In this document: piece by piece, positions 38,353 through 48,039 of the stretch
Position numbering within the stretch: position 1 is the first letter of the stretch
Layout: each line of letters begins with the position of its first letter
Assembly: GCA_907165135.1 (NCBI GenBank)
Contig: OU015567.1
Span: forward strand, 13,702,001-13,766,000
From: Oikopleura dioica
Taxonomy: Eukaryota; Animalia; Chordata
Reading direction: 5' to 3'
Length of the DNA stretch: 64,000 nucleotides
Program-made: the position numbers and the translations under genes
The notes under the pieces: model-generated
Told to the model about the DNA's origin: nothing
What the model saw: the letters and a program-made list of their open reading frames with translations, nothing else
Database searches by the model: none

Positions 38353-39473
38353 TTATTCAACAATCGCAAAATGTGGTACAGTCAAAAACTCCTCTTTTCT
38401 GAAGAATTCACCGGACGGAATGTATTGAACAGATCGCTCATCCTCATACAACATGAAAACAAGAGAATCATCTTCCCATTCTCTTTGAGTGGCCTTGATT
38501 CCGTCCCTCACAAAGACTCGTTTCTTATAGAATTTGATCTTTACTTTCCATAATTTCCCAGTTTCCGTCTGTTTCAGAGTCGCGAGAAAATTACCGCCGT
38601 AATCCTTGATATTTCGCATAATCGCTTGAGCAGGGTAACCAGTGTAGAGACTTCGTTTTTGATCAAACATAAGTTCGTGGTTTTTGTAGCTGTCAGGTAG
38701 AATCTGGTTGAGTTGGAAGGCATACGAGTTGTAATACGCGCTCTTTTCAAACATTCTAAATCATTTTTAGTTTTCATTTTCAAAAACTCTATTTACATTA
38801 GAATTTCGATATCATCATTGGTCATATTTTGGTCTTTGAAGAAGATAAACACCGGAGCATCCCATGCATTGTACTTGACATATTTGTACCTCCAGTCGAC
38901 AATTGGCAGTTTCTTTGCGACATGAACTTCCAAGTCTTGCGTGTAGAAACTGACGCCAATGTCCACCAAGTGCGTGTCCATGTAAACGAGGTTGATTTGG
39001 CGGCGCATATCTTCGATTGTATTCACGCACATCATCTTTCCGTCCACCAGCCATTCCATTATCACATTCGATTCACCGAAAACTTGTTTGATTTTTTTGT
39101 CAACCATTAATTCGGATTCACATGAGGTTTTCTAAATCAATATTTTTTCATTGAATCCTTGCCTGAAGAAACATAATCGCGTTCCTCAGAATTTCAACTG
39201 AGTCTGTATGTCTTGCCAAGCCAACAATATCAAGAAAAGGCCTGACTTTCTTTGCGGAGAAGTCGAGATTGTGAAAGGTGACTTTTTTCATCGGCAAAGA
39301 AAACTTCGTGTTTCTAGGAATGTCGTTCGAGTTTCGAGCTTCTATTTATTTTATTCATACCTAGAATCTTTCATGCCAGAATCAAACAGCATTTTGAAAT
39401 AGGGATACGTCTCCTCTAAAAACGACTTTTCATAAGTTCCGGAACCGTCGGCAAAAGTTATTTCTATCTCCAT
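38353..39473 (-). CDS. Divergent BTB/POZ-like protein, paralog 2
   Basis: MEIEITFADGSGTYEKSFLEETYPYFKMLFDSGMKDS|...FSLPMKKVTFHNLD...EILRNAIMFLQ. Its C-terminus WKVKIK...LVFMLYEDERSVQYIPSGEFF...EF is collinear with paralog 1. Confidence 0.65.
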
Positions 39474-39652
39474 TGCTTTATTTAATTCAGTGCCTATCGT
39501 GCAAATTAGCATTCAATAGTTTCAAAGTTCAGATTCTAGAGAACGCTCTTGATTTATTTCAAAAACAGCACATTTCAATTACCTTTCAATTAATTTTGGC
39601 CAAAGAAATTAGCTAGAGCCGTATTTCCGGATTCCCGAATCAAATTTTAATT

Positions 39653-40596
39653 ATGTTGGGTCGTTGGGTCATTACAATCCTTGATTTTTGTTTATGGCCA
39701 CGTACTTTATCCGAGTGCGCTGTTTACCATCCTTATTGTCACAACGATACGGATATTCGATTTGATATTCTTGAACTCGGTTCATTCGAAAATCAGAGAA
39801 TTTTTAGCGAGAAACGAATAGGAGAAATCACTAATAAATCATGTTTTACCAACATATCTTACGATGAGGGAAAAGAGGGCCGGACGATCATTTTGGTGGG
39901 TAGAAAAATGGCGAGAGCCTCTCGCCGAGACCCGTCAAAATAGCCGAGTTCGCCCTGATGCAGGCCACCTGCAAAGTCAGCCATTTCATCAAAAAACACT
40001 GTTCATAACACTTCGGGTGAATCAAAATGCCCTTAGGTTAGGGACAGTCCTCAAGTATTAATACTATAAATACTCTCGTGCATCCGAGCTTTCTGAAATT
40101 GTATTATATAGCTTCCTTACTCAGACTAGAGAAAAACTTGTTTATTAGTGATTTCTCTTAGAAATGAAGCTTTTTTGGTGGCCTTTAAACGGTCGGTGAC
40201 ATTTATTTAATGTTTTACGATCAATTATCCTGAATTTTAGAGATCAGTACTACACCCAGCACAACGTTAGCGAAAATTTCCGATAATCCTATCTTCAATT
40301 GTCTGCAAGAGAAAATGGATGGCTTTTGCAGTGAAATTTCAGAAGGACGTTACCCATTCGCCCGTAAGAAAGATGCGTTTTCAAGCTGGTATTGTTATGA
40401 TGAGCTTGATTATGGCTCGGATAAATCTAATCAGTGCATTGTATGGGTCGGACGACCGCTTGTTCCTTGCACTCCATTTTCAGCGGAGTCCTCATTCATC
40501 GAGCCGCTGACTCCAATAATGGACGATATCCACGACACCCTTGACATTTTCACGAATATCTGCCTGTCGAGACAAATGAAGAAAAGACCAGTTTAA
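39653..40596 (+). CDS. Possible secreted Cys-containing protein; exon structure unresolved
   Basis: The 5' ORF has a signal-peptide-like start (MLGRWVITILDFCLWPRTLS). A downstream frame open from about 40240 encodes STTPSTTLAKISDNPIFNCLQEKMDGFC...WYCYDE...CIVW. No homology recognised. Confidence 0.3.
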
Positions 40597-41039
40597 CTTC
40601 CGCTGATCTTATTTTCTGCAAAAATAAACGACCCAAAGTAAAGCACCAGTTTTGAGTCCAACTAATTAGATCCAAATATACCTGCATCACCTACTCTGGT
40701 AATGAACTAATCATGCTTTTCTGCTGAGTTTGACAAATGAATTCAATATTCAGTATATATCTTGCTTGACCCGCGCCTAATTACCAGAGTGGTATATCTA
40801 GTTGAACATTGGACTGTCAACCGCATGACGGAATTTGACATTATAGGGAATAGCATCATCCTCGAGGCTCGAGTCTATTTGCACAACTTGTCTACTTTGC
40901 ATGTTTCATTAACTGCCTTTTATAAAACTTTAATATTATGGCTACTTATCTAGTTGAAAGAAAAAGCTTCAAAAAGGTCTGTTCGAAATAGAGCCAAATT
41001 GTCCCGAGTTGGGATTTGCGGTCGAGTTTATTCAGTATT

Positions 41040-41397
41040 TATTCATCCCCGGTCGACATCACGCGCCTCCCCCTGATGCGCCATCTCGTGGCGTTGCGCA
41101 TGCGTGATCCGGTGGCTACGCATGCAAGGGGGTAAAATAAAATAGGTGCTCCTGGTGACGCATCCTCGGGCGTGCGCGCGTCTCCTCCTCCTTCCCCTTC
41201 TTTCTTTTGAAAAGTGCGAAACAGGCGTCGAAAAGGAGAAGAGAGAAATCGAATACTGTCTAATCGATCGCCCGCCGCCATCCCCATCCCGCAATTAGAG
41301 CCGCCAGATCCAAAACTCGAGAAACTATACTGAACCACATATCCTTACCTAAAGAAACGAAAAGAATACCTTCAACCTTCGCGGATATTCGATAGGT
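41040..41397 (+). promoter_or_regulatory. GC/CpG-rich promoter-like island and probable non-coding first exon of calcineurin A
   Basis: Locally GC-rich in an AT-rich background; TGCGCATGCG (NRF1-type consensus) at 41095-41104; TGACG half-CRE at 41156-41160; strong AG|GTAAG donor at 41396. Confidence 0.5.
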
Positions 41398-42174
41398 AAG
41401 TTTAATCAAGCGAGAAAATTCAAAGAAGAGAGAAATTTATTCATTCGTTATTGATCATTTATGGTAATTTCAGTATTTGTGATAAATTTCAGTCCGAAAT
41501 TTTCAGACCCGATATGTAAGAATTATTGAGACACACTCTCTAAAGGGCGTTGGTATCTCATAACATTAAAGAACCCATTTATCCGGAACATTAATCTTTC
41601 TCTATCTTAATTAAATGAGTGAAACCCTGACAAATTGCCCTCGTCAAATTGAATACGAAAATAAGAGAAAAGGGGCAGAAGAGAAATTCTTCGTACTCCT
41701 CCTTGATTTCAATTTACGTTTTACATGAATGGAATCTTGTCAAAACTTCAATCTTTTTGAATAGAGAGGTGTCCAAAGGCCCTAACTGCGCCCATTATAA
41801 AATTTTTATTGTCTTGTTCGAGGCCCATCAATTGCGAAGCACACTGTACAGACAGATTAGTTTTGGCGAAAAGGAGCGAGTTTATTCGCAATTATAATAA
41901 CGCAAATATTTACCCAGTTTCCGAGTAATTTGGCGCTCATGTTGGCTTTAGAGTACCATCACTCTGCGAGAGAGCACTGATGATCCGTTGAAGAAGCGCC
42001 AACATACTGTAAGAAGAAGATACTGATTTTGAAGTACGAGAAAATCGAACAAAGAGATATTCACAAATATCACTTCTCATCAGAAAAAGAAGACAGATTG
42101 AAATATGGTGAAAACAGAGAAAGAATCAAAAACAGAGAGTCCGATAAAAGCCGAATCAGGAAAATGTCTTGAAA

Positions 42175-45100
42175 ATGTCAAAAGAGGAGAAATTCAGAAA
42201 AAGAAAAACGTTTAAAGACCTTTTGAAAGCCTCAGAAAATGATAAAAAGAAATCTTTGGGGTCAAAGAAAAACTCAAAAGCGAATCTTAGTGACAGGTAA
42301 AGAATTTGTGTTTGTAAGGTAACCCGAGTAATTTTGAAAATAGGATCGTTTTCTGCGGTCAATCTGCTCCATTGTAGAAAAGTTCATTTTGCTTGCTATA
42401 GCTACTGATAGAAACAGACACGCCTTTATTATTCTATTGTGTTTCGTGTAAACTTTACTGTGTAAAGATGATTTAGGACTTGCCCAAATGTGACGCTCCC
42501 CCCGTCAAATAGAATTGGAATTGATGAACTATTCGACAGCTCAGGAAAGCCTAGGCCTCCGGTGCTGCGCGATCACTTGAGGAAAGAAGGCAGACTCACA
42601 AATGAATGTGCGATGAAGCTGATTCAAGACGGTACTAGCGGACAAAAGCACTTGTAATTCAACTTTTTTGCTCAGGCGCTGCAGTTTTGCGGGCAGAACC
42701 AACTATGATCGATGTTGATGCGCCAGTAACAGTTTGCGGCGATGTCCATGGTCAATTCTTCGATCTGTTAAAAGTAATGAATGAGTCCGTGTTCAATTCA
42801 TCACAATATTAGCTCTTCGAAATTGGTGGTCCTGTCGGCGATCCTTCAACTGGTAGTAATACTCGCTACCTATTCCTGGGCGATTACGTTGACAGAGGAT
42901 ACTACTCCATCGAATGCGTACTCTACCTCTGGGCTCTCAAGGTAAAATCAATTAATAACAAATTTCACTATCGCTTTAACGGTCAATAACAGTCAATATC
43001 AGTAATATCATTCATTTGAAATGAATCATTTCAGATCTGCCATCCGAACTCGATTTTTCTACTTCGAGGGAACCACGAATGTCGCCATTTGACGGAATAC
43101 TTTACCTTCAAGCAAGAATGCAAAGTGAAGGTAAATTTCTCCGTTGCCGGTTCAACAAAATCAAATATCTATCAATACTCTTCAATAATTCTAGCGCCCG
43201 AGTCGCGTGCATTCACGAAGAAATTAAGAGACCCGGAGTCTGGGGTTCAGACAAGGGTTAATTTTAATAATTTGCAGTGAAAATTTGCTTTCCTTTTGAA
43301 CTTTAACTATTGAACATATTAGATAATATTAACAATTTAATATTTCAGTATAGCGAAGACGTCTACGAGGCATGCATGACGGCGTTTGATTGTCTTCCCC
43401 TTGCCGCTCTCATGAATGGCCAATTTCTATGCGTCCATGGTGGACTCTCGCCTGAAATAACCAAATTAGGTTAGTGAGATGCCGTAATTGGAAATTGCCT
43501 CTGATTGGATTTTTCAATTTTCTGCCTTGTTGATGCTTTAACTGTCATTTGCAGACGATATCAAAAACCTGGACCGATTCAAAGAACCTCCCGCATTTGG
43601 TCCGATGTGCGATCTGCTCTGGTCGGACCCGCTCGAAGAGTTTGGAAAAGAAACATCAAGCTCAGAGCGCTTCACGCATAATTCTGTCAGGGGTGCTCCT
43701 ATTTCTACAGGTAAAGACCTTTCGAAGTCATTACAGTAAATCGATTTCGACTGCATTTTTGGATCACAGTTATTGACAGTTGGACGGGATATTTATGGAC
43801 CCAAAGTTGACATCTTGTCATGCCAATATGATTTCCAAATAGTCTCTTAACGCCGAAACGCACAGCGACCAATTAATTGGTACAACCCCTTCAATGCTAT
43901 TTCAACACATTTGGAAATTTGCATATTTACTCATATTAATGTTATGATATGGATATAATATTGGGATGAAATTGAAGCTTAGCGTCTGAGAATTATTTAT
44001 CTATATCATTTATACAGTGAGCTAATCAGTTTCATTGTTAAAAAGGGGTAAAAGGGGCATACCAATTAATTGGTACGATCTGCGTTCGACGTTGAAAAAA
44101 TTTTATGCGTTCCGGCGTTAATCAAACTAGCTGTGCACAAGTTACAGTCTACTTCATGCACTGTAATGGTGCGTGTAACCCAGACATGACCATTTATTGA
44201 TAGGAAATCGGTTTAAAATTATATATATTCGATTTAGCTGAGCTCTTCAAAAACTTAGTCTAATCTGGCGCCAACATCTTTTTTTTAAGTTTCGCTGCCG
44301 TTTGTGAATTTCTACAACAAAATAACCTCCTATCTATGATCCGGGCTCACGAAGCTCAAGATCAGGGATACAAAATGTACCGCCGCAATTCTGCAACCGG
44401 ATTTCCAAGGTAGATTGGGAACATCAAAATCCACTCAATTATTTTTCAGCCTTATAACGATATTTTCTGCTCCAAATTACTTGGACGTGTACAATAACAA
44501 GGCCGCAATCCTCAAAGTAAGTAGCGACGAAAATTAGAAAGTTCAATCTCGTGCGCAGCAGCGCGCTTCAATTGTCGCTTCCCCAAGGGAAATAAGCAAA
44601 GTCTAATTTCCGTCTTTTAGTACGAGGACAATGTGATGAATATTCGACAGTTCAATTGCTCACCGCATCCATATTGTCCAGAGTTCATGAATACTGCATC
44701 AGCTCTAGCATGTTTGCAATATGCATGCGTCTTTGACTCATTTTTAAATCTATTTTGAACGGGGTCTTGGAAGGTGAGGAGTCCAAATATGCAGGTGGTA
44801 TCACCTCGTTGTCTCGGGACCGTGCAGATGCGAGCAAGTGCGGCGGATCAGTAGCGTAAACTGCCTTGTATCTCAGATAAAATCAACATCCGGTACCCCC
44901 CTTAGAGAGATAATTTGACGTAAACTGGACATTTGGATAATATATTTCGACGATGAAATACAAAAATGTACGAGATTTTGATAAATACACAATCAATATG
45001 AATTTGTACAAATTATAATCCGCAATAAGACTGATTCAAACTGGACGATTGGCTCATCTCGACAGCCTAGTTGATGGCAAATTTCTCGGATATTTCTAGG

Positions 45101-46548
45101 AGATCATTAAAAAAAAGGATCTTTTAAATTGAATTGACCTTCGTTGGCAATCTTCAGGCTGATTCGAAATTTCCTCAAACCAACAACAAAGTGGGCATTG
45201 ATCCGCAGAGCCTTTCTGATGCCCGACAAGTATTTGTATACACTTTCATTTTCATTTAATTCCTTATAACATTACTAATGTCACATTAGCTTAGCTACAA
45301 TAATAGAATAAAAAGAAGAATAATTGAGCTAGTTTTTCTTGAGGAAAAATAGTCCGAGATGAATGCAAAAGCTGAGAAGTAAGATCTTTTTGTGTCAACT
45401 TTTGTGTCAAAAGATTGAATCAAAGATTTATTTTTTTCTTAAAGAACATGCTCTGTGTGAACTTTGTAAGTCAAAAGTGTCTTTGTAAGTCAACAAGTAG
45501 AGATTCATTGCAAAATTTCGGGGTAAGACCCATCAAATATCCAGAGAATGCTGATATTTATCATTTGACCCGCGGTACTTAGATAGACTAGGGGGGAGTG
45601 AAAGACCTTGTTTGAGTTCTCGAGCCATTTTGATTTTCTCTTTCGCTTCTTCGTAAGAAGGAAAATTAAATTTATGCTTAGCCGCCATATTTTTTGGAAT
45701 TACGCTTGCACCGAAGAGATCCATCCCGGTTACGACCTAGATTACCATCACTTCTACCCTCAATCTACTTTTGATCCGCCGCGCTACCTCACAGCTGTTA
45801 TCTCATTTTCAAATCAGTACCTATATGGACTCCTCACCTTCCATAAACTCTTTTGAACTCGTTCTAAGGCTTCCAAATTTTATGGACGTTTTCACATGGT
45901 CACTGCCCTTTGTTGGCGAAAAGGTTTGCCCTCAAATCTATCCAATACTCAACAGATTTAAATTAGGTCACAGAAATGCTCGTAAATGTGCTCAATATCT
46001 GTTCGGACGAAGAACTCATGGCAGAAACGGACTCTGTGGAAGACCTGACGAAGATCACTGATCAACTCAGCGTCGAGCAAATTCAGAAAAGAAAGGAAAC
46101 AGAAGAGAGGCGTATCGCTCTCCAAAAGAAGATCCTTGCAGTCGCAAAGATGGCAAAGTATTTCCACACGCTTCGAGAGGAATCTGAAACAGGTAAGAGA
46201 CACAGTCACGAAGTCAATTTTTCAACCGCCCTAGTGCTGCACCTCAAGGGCTTAACCCCAAATGGCATGCTCCCCGCCGGAGTTCTGGACAGTAAATCTG
46301 GCTTGAATCAATCTGTCGAAGCGATCAAGAACAGACAAAAGGGAATCTCCTTATTCGAGGATGCGAAGAGCTTAGATCGTCAGAATGAAATGATGCCAAA
46401 AAGAAAAAGGTGCGGTCATTTCTAAATTATCAACTCAACTGTAATTAGTGAGCTGGACTCAAAAGTGAGCACTCCTCAAGCGTCAAGATCAAATTCGATA
46501 ACACCGAAGAATAACAACTCAGAAACCAACAACAAAACCAAAACGTGA
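42175..46548 (+). CDS. PPP3CA: Calcineurin A catalytic subunit (protein phosphatase 3/2B)
   Basis: DR|[127 protein letters not shown], CaM-binding [21 protein letters not shown] and autoinhibitory [12 protein letters not shown]. The Lys-rich first coding exon at 42175 is inferred. Confidence 0.96.
43847..44121. mobile_element. MITE-like non-autonomous element in a calcineurin intron
   Basis: Terminal inverted repeats TTAACGCCGAAACGCA (43847-43862) and TGCGTTCCGGCGTTAA (44106-44121), 15/16 match, with TTAA at both ends. The palindrome ACCAATTAATTGGT sits subterminally on both sides; the interior is AT-rich. Confidence 0.7.
44753..45868. repeat. Nested inverted repeats bracketing a 1.19-kb calcineurin intron
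   Basis: Perfect 18-bp IR at 44768-44785/45826-45843; perfect 11-bp IR at 44840-44850/45772-45782; imperfect helix at 44753-44763/45858-45868 covering the acceptor. Confidence 0.85.
44990..45688 (-). CDS. Possible small nested antisense gene inside the calcineurin intron
   Basis: ATG at 45688 gives [27 protein letters not shown], then plausible short GT-AG introns and further protein-like segments ([36 protein letters not shown]). A complete frame could not be assembled. Confidence 0.3.
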
Positions 46549-47269
46549 CCGAACCGTTTTCGACAAGCCTTCACGAAAGAAAAAAACCAGCCACTACACA
46601 TTTTCTGCTACTTCTTCTAATGATAAACTGACATTTTTGGCGCAGCAATTGGCCGATGAGTTCAAATGTGCCTCAGAATTAAATTTTTACGGTGAAAGAT
46701 TGCTCTTTTGCGTTGATATTGCCCTGCAAGAAATGACAGAAGGCGGAGAGTAAAATTTCAAAATCATATTTCGGAACAGAAAAAGAAAAGAAGAAAGGTA
46801 GGAAATGTAAGTTTGGTTAAGCGTTAGTGATAGAATGTTCCACCGGCACCAAACCAGTTAGGCCGCAGCCCGTTAGTACTCCTTTTTGTTTTAATTTTTT
46901 GCTTTCGCGAATACCTTGGCAAATGAATTGTATTATATTTTTCTAAGAATAAATATATAATAATCTCTAGAAGGGATTAATCAGGTAGGGGATTGAGGAA
47001 GCCACAGTAATAAAATAATAAAATCGTAGTTCGTCAGAATTGCAGTTTTCATGTGAACAGATTGATACAGTAGTTGGTGAATACAGTAGTGTGGTGAGTC
47101 GATTTTGCGTTGATGGATCCCCGTTGTGACACTTTTTGATTGATGGTATACTTTCTTGTTCGTAGAAAAAGAAGATTTTGTAGAATAAAAATTATGATAA
47201 GGGAACTACAGTTAAGGGTTTCTATGTTTCTTTACTTTGCGTCTATGCAGAAGCAGCAGAAGGCACGCT

Positions 47270-47976
47270 TCAGGGCTTGTTTTCAGCCTTGCGTCTGTTC
47301 ACGTCCCAGTTGTAGACTCGAGCCATCGAAACTTCGGTAGTGGTCATTTGATCACGAAGATAGGCTTAGAAGAGTTAACAGGAGTACTACTGAGTGTGAC
47401 CTACCAATCTGCATTTTAACTTCCTCCAAACTGCTAATAGCGTTCGTCTTGTTCTTTCCAAGAAGAGTTTGCGCCTCATCAATGTCATATTCAAGCATAA
47501 CATTGGCACCGAGCCAGAGCATTACCTTGTCTAAACGATTCTTGTTGAGAAAGACAGTCATCAAAAATTTAAAACTTCTTACCGCCACAATCGACCTTTG
47601 CTTTCGCAAAAACAGCATCGGAAAGCTGGAATGAGGTGTCGATCGTGTTTCCAGAGTTCTTTTTGAGGTGGTTGATTGCGTCCAGTGTCTGCGAGATTTC
47701 GGGGATCTGGCCTTCCAATCTTCTTTTCTGCGGATAAGTTCGTAAATGAGAACAGTAAGAAAGAGGTACCTTTTCAGCGAGTCCAGCTTCGAACATTTTG
47801 TATTTCTGGAGGAGCTCATCAAGCTTTCTAAGAGCAGCTTCGGCGGAGTCAGTGCCGACCTCTGGGCCATCTCCCTTGAACTTTTCAGACAGGTACTTTC
47901 CGACGTCTTCGATGAAGTCGGAGGGAGGGATGCCCCACGATTCGATTTTAGCTTTCATTTCTTCGGCGGTCACCAT
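47270..47976 (-). CDS. PFDN3: Prefoldin subunit 3 (VHL-binding protein 1)
   Basis: GIPPSDFIEDV, LDELLQKYKMFE, QIPEISQTL, FQLSDAVFAKA, DKVMLWLGANVMLEYDIDEAQTLL, DQMTTTEVSMARVYNWDV. Confidence 0.95.
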
Positions 47977-48039
47977 ACTGAAAAGAAACAAAGATGTCAA
48001 GTTATTCTCAGTACAACGTCTTTTTGTACAGAAGTTCGC

